From Candidatus Cryptobacteroides sp. (lineage in GTDB: Bacteria > Bacteroidota > Bacteroidia > Bacteroidales > UBA932): DNA of 64,000 nt. Made by a program: the position numbers and the translations under genes. Below the pieces are notes generated by a model. That model was not told the DNA's origin. It saw only the letters and a list, made by a program, of their open reading frames with translations, and did no database searches. Below are positions 24,182 through 33,589 of the stretch, piece by piece (the first letter of the stretch is position 1; each line of letters opens with the position of its first letter). Location: assembly GCA_045117755.1 (NCBI GenBank), contig JBGUOB010000021.1, positions 510-64,509 on the forward strand, written 5' to 3'.

Positions 24182-25852
24182 TTAAGAGAGGCTGTTTGCA
24201 AAGTCTGATCCGGCCTCTCCCATGGAGAGGAAGAGTTTTTTGTAGCGGCTCTTCCGGGTCCTCACGGATTCTTCCGTCATGTCGAGGATGAAGCTGATGC
24301 TCTGGGGGGTGAACTTGGCAAAAAACAGGACCAGGAGCTGAAAATCCAGTTCCTTCATCTTGTGCTCTGAAGTCTCGGAGAAAGTGGAGCGCAGCCTGGA
24401 GATGATCCCCCGGCAGTTCATGTCCAGCGCTTTCTCGATGGTGGGAATGAACTGGTCGTCTTTTCGCAGCGACCGGAGCTCCGAGCGGAACTGCGCGATG
24501 ATATCTTCCTTCTGCAGTTTTCCGCTCGACTCTTTTCGCGGAGACAGGGCCTCATTGGTCCATGAGAAATAGGTATCGGTCAGGTCCTGCATGATGCGGA
24601 TCTTGTCCTGAACCATCAATGACAGGATGGCGCCGGCGCCTTTCTGCCGTTCCTGGAGAAGCGAGAGCTCCATGGACAGGCCTTCCACCCGCTCCATTTC
24701 CTTGATCGCCTGCTTTTTATGCCGTTGCAGCGCAAAGTAAGTGGCCAGGAAGATCGTCGACAGCAGGGTGGCGATCAGGACAAACCAGAGAACCAGGATC
24801 TTGTTATGTGCATTCTCGGAGGCATATCTTTCTTTGAAGTAGGCCTTCTGTGTATGTGTCAGGGATCTGGATAGTTCGTTTCTGACCACCTCGTTCTGCA
24901 ACTGCATGGCTGCTTCGGCGGCTTCGTAGGCTTCCTTGTACTCCCCGCGGAGCAGCTGGATCTTATTCCTGCAGGAGAAATAGACCGTGCTGTCGTAAGG
25001 CGTAACCATCTGCTCGGAGATGACATGCAGGTAACTGTCGGCCTCCGCATGCTGACCTGCCCGCTCCTTGATGACGGCCATATTCCCGAGGCCGAGCAGG
25101 CCGAGGGGGAAACCGAGGGACATGGCCTTCTCATAATGCGCGCGGGCCTGTTCGAATTCCTGGTCCCAATAATGGATGTCGGCTCGCAGTTCGAGCAGGG
25201 TGTAACGTAGTCCGGGGTCGGCATCCAGGTTGTGCGCCAACAGTGAATCGGCCATCTCGATGGCCCGCTGCCGGTCGCCCAGGTTGTAGTTTTGCCTGGC
25301 CACGTCCATGCGGGAGAAGTCGGCGGAAAGCTTTTCCCCGGCCTGGTCAAAAGCCTCCACGGCTTTCTGGGCATGATCCAGCGCGGTCTGGATGTCATAA
25401 TTGTTCGCGTACAGCGAGCAGAGATGCTGGTTGGCGAGCCCGAGATAATGATAATCCCGCAGTCCGTCGGCCAGTTCCCCGGCCTCGTTGAGCAGGAAGG
25501 TCGCTTCGGCGCTTTCCCCGACACGCTCCTTGATCACGCCCCAGTAATACGCCGCCTTCATCCGCTCCTCGGCCGTTCCGCAGTGGCGATAATAGTCATA
25601 GGCGGCCTGGATGGAGGCATCGTCCTTCGCGTCAGCGTGATTTTTGATTTGCGCCATGGCGCGGAGCAGGGCGTATCTCGCCTCCAGCTTCCTGGAAGCC
25701 GGTTTTTCATTTGAAAGTTGTTCCAGAATAAGGAGCGCACTGTCCGGCCGGGAGGCCATCAGGCCCTCCGCTTCGTCCAGGGCCCTGCGGGGGCCGGACG
25801 AGCAGGCGGCAATACACAGTACGCAGGCCAGGAGAAGCGCAAGGTGTCTCAT
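24182..25852 (-). CDS. membrane-spanning TPR-sensor / HTH transcriptional regulator
   Basis: Lipoprotein-like signal (CIAAC), TPR-like helices, TM ILVLWFVLIATLLSTIFLATYFAL, coiled coil, C-terminal LuxR-like HTH (TPQSISFILDMTEESVRTRKSRYKK). Confidence 0.75.
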   Translation of the reverse strand: MRHLALLLACVLCIAACSSGPRRALDEAEGLMASRPDSALLILEQLSNEKPASRKLEARYALLRAMAQIKNHADAKDDASIQAAYDYYRHCGTAEERMKAAYYWGVIKERVGESAEATFLLNEAGELADGLRDYHYLGLANQHLCSLYANNYDIQTALDHAQKAVEAFDQAGEKLSADFSRMDVARQNYNLGDRQRAIEMADSLLAHNLDADPGLRYTLLELRADIHYWDQEFEQARAHYEKAMSLGFPLGLLGLGNMAVIKERAGQHAEADSYLHVISEQMVTPYDSTVYFSCRNKIQLLRGEYKEAYEAAEAAMQLQNEVVRNELSRSLTHTQKAYFKERYASENAHNKILVLWFVLIATLLSTIFLATYFALQRHKKQAIKEMERVEGLSMELSLLQERQKGAGAILSLMVQDKIRIMQDLTDTYFSWTNEALSPRKESSGKLQKEDIIAQFRSELRSLRKDDQFIPTIEKALDMNCRGIISRLRSTFSETSEHKMKELDFQLLVLFFAKFTPQSISFILDMTEESVRTRKSRYKKLFLSMGEAGSDFANSLS

Positions 25853-25875
25853 GCTTGTCAGGGCTGCCGGATGCT

Positions 25876-27609
25876 TTACAGGATATCTTCCCGCTCGCGG
25901 ATGTCGCGGATGCGGAGCTGGATGGAGGCGGAGCCGCGGTAGTAGTTCTCCACGATGGCGTAGCAGACGTCGATCGGGTTGCCTTCCCGGATATAATCGT
26001 AGTAGTCCGCCATGTTAAAGGCGATCGAAGGGATCTGGTGGTAAGGCTGGGACTCCTGGATGAGGTCGAGCTTGAGGTGCACGCCGCCCCCGCCGACCTT
26101 GCGGCCCGAGCCGGCGTCATAGACGTTCTCGGTCATGAAGATCGGGTTGTTGTTGCCGGGCCCGAAGGGCTGGAACTGCTTGAGGATGCGGGAGAATTTG
26201 GGCGTGATCTGCGCGAAGTCCAGCTTCGCGTCGATCTCCACGACGGGGATGAGCATCTCGGACGTGATCTTGCCGGAGATGAAGCGGTCCATCCGCCGGG
26301 CGAATTCTTCCAGGTTCTCCTCTTTCATCGTGAGGCCGGCGGCATACACGTGCCCGCCGAAGTTCTCCAGCAGGTCCGCGCAGCTCTCGATGGCGCCGTA
26401 CAGGTCGAAGCCGGCGATGCTGCGGGCGGAGCCCGTCACGAAGCCGTTCGACTTGGTCAGCACGACCGTCGGTTTGTAATAAGCCTCCACGAGGCGGGAG
26501 GCGACGATGCCCACGACGCCCTTGCTCCACTTGGGGTTATAGACGATCGTGGCGTTCTCGCGGGCGAGGCAGGTGCCGGACTGGACCATTTCCAGGGCCT
26601 CCTGGGTAATCTCCCGGTCGATATTCTTGCGCTCGTTGTTGTTCTCGTTGATCTTCTCGCCGATGCGCATCGCCGTCATGGCGTCGGTGGCCTTGAGGAG
26701 CTCCACCGCCAGGCGGCCGGACTCCATGCGTCCCGCGGCGTTGATGCGCGGGCCGATCTTGAAGACGATGTCGTCGATGGAAATATGTCCCGGCTCCAGG
26801 TTGGAGAGCGTGATCATGGCGGCGAGGCCCTTGCAGGGGTTCTCGTTCAACTGCTTGAGGCCGAAGTGGGCGAGGATGCGGTTCTCTCCGACCATCGTCA
26901 CGAGGTCGGAAGAAATGCTGACCACCAGCAGGTCGAGCAGGGGGATCAGCGTCTCGAAGGGGACGCCGAACTGCTTCGAATAGGCCTGCACCAGCTTGAA
27001 GCCGACGCCGCAGCCGGACAGGTCGTCGAAGGGATATTCGCAGTCTTCCCGTTTGGGGTCGAGCACGGCCACGGCCTTGGGCAGCGAGTCTTCCGGCAGG
27101 TGGTGGTCGCAGATGATGACTTCCAGGCCCTTGCTGCGGGCGTATTCCACCTTGTCGATGGCCTTGATGCCGCAGTCGAGCGTGATGATGAGCTTGAATC
27201 CGCCGTCCGCGGCCCAGTCGATGCCCTTGTAGGACACGCCGTAGCCTTCGTCATAGCGGTCGGGGATGTAGAAGTCTACCTGGTCGGTGAAACGCTGGAT
27301 AAAGGAATAGACGAGTGCGACGGCGGTCGTGCCGTCCACGTCGTAGTCGCCGTACACGAGGATCTTCTCGCGCTGGGTGATGGCGCGGTGCAGCCGCTCC
27401 ACCGCCTTGTCCATGTCCTTCATCAAGAAGGGATCGTGGAGGGCGTCCAGTGAGGGGCGGAAGAAACAGCGGGCCTGCTCAAAGGTTTCGACGCCCCGCT
27501 TGACGAGGAGTTCGGCCAGCACCCTGTCGATGCCGACCTCCGTCGCGAGCCGTTCGACCTTGGCGGGGTCGGCCGGTTCCTTGAGTATCCACTTGCATTC
27601 TTTCGCCAT
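25876..27609 (-). CDS. recJ: ssDNA exonuclease RecJ
   Basis: YGDYDVDG, ITLDCG, DHH, GPRINAAGR, GGHVYAAG; true start MAKECKW at 27609 (the ORF-track extension overlaps lysS). Confidence 0.96.
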   Translation of the reverse strand: MAKECKWILKEPADPAKVERLATEVGIDRVLAELLVKRGVETFEQARCFFRPSLDALHDPFLMKDMDKAVERLHRAITQREKILVYGDYDVDGTTAVALVYSFIQRFTDQVDFYIPDRYDEGYGVSYKGIDWAADGGFKLIITLDCGIKAIDKVEYARSKGLEVIICDHHLPEDSLPKAVAVLDPKREDCEYPFDDLSGCGVGFKLVQAYSKQFGVPFETLIPLLDLLVVSISSDLVTMVGENRILAHFGLKQLNENPCKGLAAMITLSNLEPGHISIDDIVFKIGPRINAAGRMESGRLAVELLKATDAMTAMRIGEKINENNNERKNIDREITQEALEMVQSGTCLARENATIVYNPKWSKGVVGIVASRLVEAYYKPTVVLTKSNGFVTGSARSIAGFDLYGAIESCADLLENFGGHVYAAGLTMKEENLEEFARRMDRFISGKITSEMLIPVVEIDAKLDFAQITPKFSRILKQFQPFGPGNNNPIFMTENVYDAGSGRKVGGGGVHLKLDLIQESQPYHQIPSIAFNMADYYDYIREGNPIDVCYAIVENYYRGSASIQLRIRDIREREDIL

Positions 27610-27615
27610 ATCATA

Positions 27616-27645
27616 CAAAGATAATAAAATAATTTCGTAATTTTG
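27616..27645. promoter_or_regulatory. back-to-back divergent promoters recJ/lysS
   Basis: Minus TATCTTTG 27616-27623 and plus TAATTTTG 27638-27645 within a 43-bp gap. Confidence 0.65.
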
Positions 27646-27652
27646 CGCCATT

Positions 27653-29194
27653 ATGGCAGAATATAGCGAACAAGAATTGATCCGCCGCGAATCGCTGGCG
27701 AAACTGAGAGAATTGGGGATCGAGCCGTACCCGGCCGCTGAATACCCCGTGAACGCCACCGCGGCGCAGATCCTGGCAGAATTCGACCCGGAGAAGGGCA
27801 ACCTGCAGGACATTTGCATCGCCGGCCGCCTGATGAGCCGCCGTATCATGGGCGCCGCCTCTTTCGGCGAGCTCCAGGACGAGACCGGCCGCATCCAGAT
27901 CTACGTCAAGCGTGACGAGATCTGCCCCGGCGAGGACAAGACGATGTACAATACCGTCTGGAAAAAACTGATGGATATCGGCGATATCGTGGGCATCAAG
28001 GGCTTTGCCTTCATCACCCAGACCGGCCAGCTGAGCGTGCACGCCAAGGAGCTGACGCTGCTGAGCAAGTCGCTGCGCGTGCTGCCGATCGTCAAGGAGC
28101 AGGACGGCCAGGTGTTCGACGCCTTCACGGATCCGGAGCTCCGCTACCGGCAGCGCTATGTGGACCTGATCGTCAATCCGCAGGTCAAGGACGTTTTCTT
28201 CAAGCGGGCCAAGATCATCGCGACGATGCGCGAATATTTCAATGCCGCCGGCTGCCTGGAGGTGGAGACCCCCATCCTGCAGGGCATCCCGGGCGGTGCC
28301 ACCGCACGTCCGTTCATTACGCATCACAATGCACTCGATATTCCCCTCTACCTGCGTATCGCGAACGAACTCTACCTCAAGCGCCTGATCGTGGGCGGCT
28401 ATGCGGGTGTGTATGAGTTCGCGAAGGATTTCCGCAACGAGGGCATGGACAAGACGCACAATCCGGAGTTCACCTGCATGGAGATCTATGTGGCCTACAA
28501 GGACTACAACTGGATGATGAAGTTCGTCGAGACGATGCTCGCGAAGATTTCCCTCGCCGTGAACGGCACCACCAAGGTGAAGATCGGTGAGAACGAGGTC
28601 GATTTCGGCGGGACGTACCGCCGGCTGCCGATCCTCGAGGCCATCAAGGAGTACGCCGGCGTGGATGTGAAGGGGATGGACGAGGACGAGCTGCGCGCTA
28701 CCTGCAAGAAACTGAATGTGGAGATCGAGCCTTCCATGGGCAAGGGCAAGCTGATCGATGCGATCTTCGGCACCTATTGCGAGGATAAGCTGATCCAGCC
28801 GACCTTCGTCACCGACTATCCGGTGGAGATGTCTCCGCTGACCAAGCGCCACCGTACGGATCCGACGCTGACCGAGCGCTTCGAGCTGTTCGTGTGCGGC
28901 AAGGAGCTGGCGAATGCGTATTCCGAGCTGAACGATCCGATCGATCAGCTGGAGCGTTTCGAGGAGCAGGCTGCGCTGAAGAGCAAGGGCGACGACGAGG
29001 CGATGTATATCGATATGGACTTCGTGCGCGCGCTGGAGTACGGCATGCCGCCGACTTCCGGCCTGGGTATGGGTATCGATCGTCTGACGATGTTCATGAC
29101 GGGTCAGACGACGATCCAGGATGTGCTTTTCTTCCCGCAGATGCGGCCGGAGAAGGTGCTGAAGAAAGAGAATAAGGAACAGCAGGCAGAGTAA
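27653..29194 (+). CDS. lysS: lysyl-tRNA synthetase (class II)
   Basis: [49 protein letters not shown]. Confidence 0.98.
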   Translation: MAEYSEQELIRRESLAKLRELGIEPYPAAEYPVNATAAQILAEFDPEKGNLQDICIAGRLMSRRIMGAASFGELQDETGRIQIYVKRDEICPGEDKTMYNTVWKKLMDIGDIVGIKGFAFITQTGQLSVHAKELTLLSKSLRVLPIVKEQDGQVFDAFTDPELRYRQRYVDLIVNPQVKDVFFKRAKIIATMREYFNAAGCLEVETPILQGIPGGATARPFITHHNALDIPLYLRIANELYLKRLIVGGYAGVYEFAKDFRNEGMDKTHNPEFTCMEIYVAYKDYNWMMKFVETMLAKISLAVNGTTKVKIGENEVDFGGTYRRLPILEAIKEYAGVDVKGMDEDELRATCKKLNVEIEPSMGKGKLIDAIFGTYCEDKLIQPTFVTDYPVEMSPLTKRHRTDPTLTERFELFVCGKELANAYSELNDPIDQLERFEEQAALKSKGDDEAMYIDMDFVRALEYGMPPTSGLGMGIDRLTMFMTGQTTIQDVLFFPQMRPEKVLKKENKEQQAE

Positions 29195-30084
29195 TGGCCG
29201 AGGTCATCACGTCGCCTTCGAATCCGAAGATCAAACGGCTCCTCGCGTTGCAGCAGAAATCGTCTGCGCGGCGCGAGGCCGGTCTTTTTGTCGTCGAGGG
29301 TCAGCGTGAGCTTCAGCATTGCATCGATGCCGGGTTTGACATCGATACTATTTTCGTCTGCACTTCGCTCGGCGGAGGCGCTCCCCTGCAAAACTTCGCG
29401 CTTCGCGCTCATCCCTCCCAACCTGGCGGTTGGGCCCCTCCCGTTCACGAGGCCACGGGCGGCCACGGTTTTGCTGGGGAGGCCTCCGCACTCGCTGCGT
29501 CGCAGACGAAAGTCTTCGAGGTGACGCCGGAGGTGTATGCAAAGATTGCAATGCGAGAGGGGACGGAAGGCATCATGGCTGAAGTCAGGACACCCGAGAG
29601 AAAGTTGGCGGATCTGGAACTGCCGGAGAATCCGTTGATCGTTGTGCTGGAGAGCGTCGAGAAGCCCGGAAATCTGGGCGCGGTGCTGCGCAGCGCCGAT
29701 GCGGCGGGGGCCGATGCGGTGCTGATCTGCGATCCGCTGACCGACCTGTGGAATCCGAACCTGATTCGCGCGTCGATCGGGGCCGTGTTCACGGTGCCGT
29801 GCGTGGCCTGCAGTTCTGCCGAGGCCATTGCGTTCCTGAAGGCGCGCGGCATCCGCATCCTGACGGCGCAGCTGCAGGATTCTTCCCTCTATTATGATTG
29901 CGACATGACCGTCGGCACTGCGCTCGTGATGGGCACGGAAGCGACCGGGCTGACCGATGCCTGGCGCGCCGCGGCCGACGCACATATCCGTATTCCGATG
30001 CTCGGCCGCCTGGACTCGCTGAACGTGTCCGTGTCAGCCGCCATCCTCCTTTTTGAAGCCGTCCGGCAGCGACAGAATGGATAG
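29194..30084 (+). CDS. TrmH/SpoU-family RNA 2'-O-methyltransferase with in-frame palindromic insertion
   Basis: EKPGNLGAVLRSA, MGTEATGL, IPMLGRLDSLNVSVSA; low-homology 49-aa stretch between FVC and KVFEV. Confidence 0.92.
   Translation: MAEVITSPSNPKIKRLLALQQKSSARREAGLFVVEGQRELQHCIDAGFDIDTIFVCTSLGGGAPLQNFALRAHPSQPGGWAPPVHEATGGHGFAGEASALAASQTKVFEVTPEVYAKIAMREGTEGIMAEVRTPERKLADLELPENPLIVVLESVEKPGNLGAVLRSADAAGADAVLICDPLTDLWNPNLIRASIGAVFTVPCVACSSAEAIAFLKARGIRILTAQLQDSSLYYDCDMTVGTALVMGTEATGLTDAWRAAADAHIRIPMLGRLDSLNVSVSAAILLFEAVRQRQNG
29372..29489. repeat. ~118-nt multi-stem palindromic element, copy B (in-frame in CDS)
   Basis: Terminal inverted repeat 29372-29394 / 29468-29489; core homologous to copy A at 19551-19678. 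Confidence 0.85.
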
Positions 30085-30736
30085 ATTCGGCCTCATCGGG
30101 CATCCCATTGCCCATTCTTTCAGCCCTGCGCTGTTCACCGCCGCCTACGGCGGGAAATATCCCTACGATCTTATCGAGACGCCCGACTTCGAGGAAGCCT
30201 GGGCGCGTTTCCTCGCCGGCTACAAGGCGATCAACGTGACGGCGCCGTTCAAGGGCAATGCCTACGACCGCGTGGACTGGCGCAGCCCGGAGTGCGAGCG
30301 CGCCGGAGCGACGAACCTCGTGGTGAAGACGCCCGAGGGGACGAAGGCTTATAATTCCGATTACCGCGGGGTGAAGTCCCTGCTGGAACCGCTGGGCTGC
30401 CGCACCGCGGCCGTGATCGGCTTCGGAGGAGCCGGCAAGGCCGCGCTCGCCGCCGCCGAGGACCTCGGCCTCGACACCCGCCTGTACCGCCACGCCGAGG
30501 TGGCCGGTGGTGTGAGCGCGGACATCATTATCTATACGCTTCCGCGCGCCGTCGAGGGCATCGAGCGCCTCGACTGCGCCCATCTGCTGGAAGCGAATTA
30601 CAAGGATCCCTGCCTCGCGGGCCGTCCGGGCTACATCCCCGGCTCCGCCTGGCTGCTCGCCCAGGCCGTCACGGGCTATGCCCTCATGACGGGCAAACAG
30701 CCGGATCCCGCTCCGATGGCGGCTGTTTTCAGATAG
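30077..30736 (+). CDS. aroE: shikimate dehydrogenase
   Basis: Start MDRFGLIGHPIAHSFSP at 30077 (8-nt overlap); NVTAPFK, GATN, NSD, GFGGAG. Confidence 0.88.
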   Translation: MDRFGLIGHPIAHSFSPALFTAAYGGKYPYDLIETPDFEEAWARFLAGYKAINVTAPFKGNAYDRVDWRSPECERAGATNLVVKTPEGTKAYNSDYRGVKSLLEPLGCRTAAVIGFGGAGKAALAAAEDLGLDTRLYRHAEVAGGVSADIIIYTLPRAVEGIERLDCAHLLEANYKDPCLAGRPGYIPGSAWLLAQAVTGYALMTGKQPDPAPMAAVFR

Positions 30737-30757
30737 TATTAGGAATCAGTGACTTAT

Positions 30758-30793
30758 AAAATTACTCCGGGGAAATTTCCCCGGAGTAATTTT
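30758..30793. terminator. bidirectional terminator between convergent aroE and parC
   Basis: Perfect 36-bp palindrome AAAATTACTCCGGGGAAATTTCCCCGGAGTAATTTT. Confidence 0.75.
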
Positions 30794-30819
30794 GTAATTA
30801 TTTGGTAATCAATGGATTC

Positions 30820-33585
30820 CTAAAACAGGGTCGGTTCGTCGAACAGGTCACCGGGGAGGTCCGGGACGTCTTCGATGGCCGGAGATTCCGGGTCTTCGCC
30901 CGGAATGACTGCAGCGGGGCCCGGAGTGGCTACCGGTTCGTCATTCGTCGGCACCTCCAGCTCGTCATTCGCCGGCTCGACCGGCGAATCTCCTTCCTCC
31001 TCCTCTTCCGGCTCATCCACGATGAGCGGCTCGACGAAGCGCACGCTCTTGACCTCGCCGCGCTCGGCGCACTTCTTGCCCTTGGCGGCGTAGCCCTTCT
31101 TGCCGATCCATTCCTCGGCCTCGATGGCCTCCGGCTCCTTGTCCTCGAGTTTCCAGACCACCTCGTAGCGGGCGTGCCTGTCGCCGCTGAGGTCCACCAG
31201 GTAGGACTTGGGGGCGTCGGAGATGAAGCTGAGCGGGGTGTTGTCGCTGACCACGAAGGAGAAGCGCTTGACGTAGAAACTCTTGACCGCGCCGTCCCAG
31301 TAGAGGGCGGTGAAGGTCTTGTCCGGGTCGAACTTCTCGATCAGCAGGACATCGCCCTGGTAGCGGTTGACCAGGTCGAAGGAGGTGGTGTAGAAGGTGC
31401 CGTTCTTGAACACGGCGAGCACCTTGTCGTCATCCTTGAACTGGCCGAGGTACAGGCCGTGGCCGTCCTCGTTGAGTTTCTGGATGTCGGTGTCGTACCA
31501 GATGTCCTTGCCGGTGATGGTGCTCACGCCCTTGCTCTTGAGGGTGATGTTGCGGATGGCGTTCTTGCTCACGAGGTTGCCGCGGGCCGTCTTGCTCTTG
31601 ACCGCGAGGGTGGAGAAGTCGTACTCGAAGCTGGTCTTCTTGAGCTTCGGCTTGGGGCGCAGGGCCACGCGCACCGTCTCGGCCTCGCCGTTGTGGTTGG
31701 CGGTGAACCAGACGATCTGCGAGCCTTCCTCGCCGGTGGTGATGTCGTATTCCTTGTCGCGCGTGATGGAGGTCACGGCAAAGCGCTTCGCGTAATAGAT
31801 GGAGCTCTTGCCTTCGCGATAGATGACGTTGTAGATGGTGCGGGAGTCGCCGCGGTTGAACAGGCCCACGTACAGCAGGTCCTTGCCGAAGAAGGCCTTG
31901 TCTTCCACCTTGGTGATGCGGTACTTGCCGTCCCGGCCGATGACGATGACCTCGGAGAGGTCGGAGCAGTCGCTGATGAACTCGCCGCCGTCGTCGCGCT
32001 TCAGGCCGATGCCCACGAAGCCCTCCGCCAGGTTGGCGTACAGCTTCGCGTTGTTGTTGATGACCTTGGTGGCGGCGATGGTCTCGAAGCCGGTCAGTTC
32101 GGTGCGGCGCGGGTAGTCCTTGCCGTATTTCTTCTTCAGGGCCTTGAACCAGTCGATGGTGTAGCGGTCGATGTGCTCGATGTTGTCACGCACGACGGCC
32201 ATCTGCTCCTCGAGGGCGAGGATCTTCTCGTCGATGGCCTTGGTGTCGAACTTGGAGATCTTGCGCACCGGCTTCTCCACGAGCTTGAGGATGTCCTCCA
32301 TCACGATCTCGCGGTGGAAGAGGTCCTGATACTGCTTCATCTGCGAGAAGATGTCTTCGAGCTGGGTCTCCCAGTCTTTCTGGTCCTGCTCGAGGACCTT
32401 GTAGATGCGGTTCTCGAAGAAGATGCGCTCCAGGGAGCTGTAATGCCAGTCGGCCTCCAGTTCATCCAGCTTGATCTGCAGCTCCTGGAGCAGCAGGTCG
32501 CGGGTGTGGTAGGTACCGTACTCGAGGATGTCGTGGACCGTCAGGAACTGCGGTTTGTTGTCCTTGATCACGCAGGCGTTCGGCGCGATGTTGACCTCGC
32601 AGTCGGTGAAGGCGTACAGGGCGTCGATGGTCTTGTCCGGGGAGACGTCGTTGGGCAGGTGGATGAGGATGTCCACCTTGTCGGTGGTCATGTCCTCGAT
32701 CTTCTTGATCTTGATCTTGCCCTTGTCCTTGGCCCGGAGGACGGAGTCGATGATGTCCTTGGTGTATTTCCCGTAAGGGATTTCCGTGATGGCCACGGTG
32801 TTCTTGTCGATCTTCTCGATGCGGGCGCGCACCTTGACGGAGCCGCCCCGCTTGCCCTGCATGTACTTGCTGCAGTCGGCGAAGCCGCCGGTGGGGAAGT
32901 CGGGGTAGATCTCGTAGGGCTTGCCCTCGAGGATGGCCACGGACGCGTCGAGCAGCTCGTTGAAGTTGTGCGGGAGAATCTTGGATGCGAGACCCACGCC
33001 GATGCCTTCTGTGCCCTGCGCGAGCAGGAGCGGGAAGCGCACCGGGAGTTCGGTCGGCTCCTGGTTGCGGCCGTCGTAGGAATTCATCCAGTGCGTCACC
33101 TTCGGGTCGAAGACCACCTCCTTGGCGAACTTGCTGAGCCGGGCCTCAATGTATCGGGGCGCGGCGTTGGAGTCGCCGGTGAGGATGTTACCCCAGTTAC
33201 CCTGACAGTCCACGGTGAAGCCTTTCTGGCCCAGCTGGACGAGGGCGCCGAGGATGGACTGGTCGCCGTGCGGGTGGTACTGCATGGCCTGGCCGACGAT
33301 GTTGGCCACCTTCGTGAAAGCGCCGTCGTCCATCTTGTACATGGCGTGCAGCACGCGCCGCTGCACGGGCTTGAGTCCGTCCACGATGTGCGGCACGGCC
33401 CGGTGCAGGATCACGTAGGAAGCGTAGTCCAGGTACCAGTCCTTGAACATGCCGGAGAGCTTGAACTTGTGTGCGTCCGCCTCCAGCATCTTGTCAAAGC
33501 GGCCCGAGGATTCCCCTTCGTCGTCAATGACCTTGTCGTCGTCTTCGATGATCTCTTCTTCGGTGATGATATTCTCTTCTTCCAT
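30820..33585 (-). CDS. parC: DNA topoisomerase IV subunit A (Bacteroidetes type)
   Basis: DGLKPVQRR, HPHGD, catalytic AAPRYIEARL; 921 aa with acidic tail. Confidence 0.88.
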   Translation of the reverse strand: MEEENIITEEEIIEDDDKVIDDEGESSGRFDKMLEADAHKFKLSGMFKDWYLDYASYVILHRAVPHIVDGLKPVQRRVLHAMYKMDDGAFTKVANIVGQAMQYHPHGDQSILGALVQLGQKGFTVDCQGNWGNILTGDSNAAPRYIEARLSKFAKEVVFDPKVTHWMNSYDGRNQEPTELPVRFPLLLAQGTEGIGVGLASKILPHNFNELLDASVAILEGKPYEIYPDFPTGGFADCSKYMQGKRGGSVKVRARIEKIDKNTVAITEIPYGKYTKDIIDSVLRAKDKGKIKIKKIEDMTTDKVDILIHLPNDVSPDKTIDALYAFTDCEVNIAPNACVIKDNKPQFLTVHDILEYGTYHTRDLLLQELQIKLDELEADWHYSSLERIFFENRIYKVLEQDQKDWETQLEDIFSQMKQYQDLFHREIVMEDILKLVEKPVRKISKFDTKAIDEKILALEEQMAVVRDNIEHIDRYTIDWFKALKKKYGKDYPRRTELTGFETIAATKVINNNAKLYANLAEGFVGIGLKRDDGGEFISDCSDLSEVIVIGRDGKYRITKVEDKAFFGKDLLYVGLFNRGDSRTIYNVIYREGKSSIYYAKRFAVTSITRDKEYDITTGEEGSQIVWFTANHNGEAETVRVALRPKPKLKKTSFEYDFSTLAVKSKTARGNLVSKNAIRNITLKSKGVSTITGKDIWYDTDIQKLNEDGHGLYLGQFKDDDKVLAVFKNGTFYTTSFDLVNRYQGDVLLIEKFDPDKTFTALYWDGAVKSFYVKRFSFVVSDNTPLSFISDAPKSYLVDLSGDRHARYEVVWKLEDKEPEAIEAEEWIGKKGYAAKGKKCAERGEVKSVRFVEPLIVDEPEEEEEGDSPVEPANDELEVPTNDEPVATPGPAAVIPGEDPESPAIEDVPDLPGDLFDEPTLF
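30881..30909 (-). repeat. REP-like palindrome (GTC-tagged), in parC tail
   Basis: Minus strand reads GTCATTCCGGGCGAAGACCCGGAATCTCC. Confidence 0.7.
30963..30993 (+). repeat. REP-like palindrome (CGTC-tagged), in parC tail
   Basis: CGTCATTCGCCGGCTCGACCGGCGAATCTCC. Confidence 0.85.
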
Positions 33586-33589
33586 AGGA

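Noticed and set aside
20820-25860. AT-richer patch as an integrated prophage/ICE
   Set aside because: No integrase, transposase, att-like direct repeats or adjacent tRNA were found. It is best treated as a small accessory patch.
27610-27894. ORF-track N-terminal extensions of recJ (similarly ssb, secE, moxR, folC, batA, aroE and the PurL-like gene)
   Set aside because: The extensions overlap divergent genes, promoters or hairpins. Downstream ATGs match the family N-termini and nearby TAnnTTTG elements.
30758-30793. Perfect 36-bp palindrome as a recombination or dif-like site
   Set aside because: Its position between convergent genes, with A/T-rich ends, is fully explained by a bidirectional terminator. 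It lacks XerC/D arm sequences.
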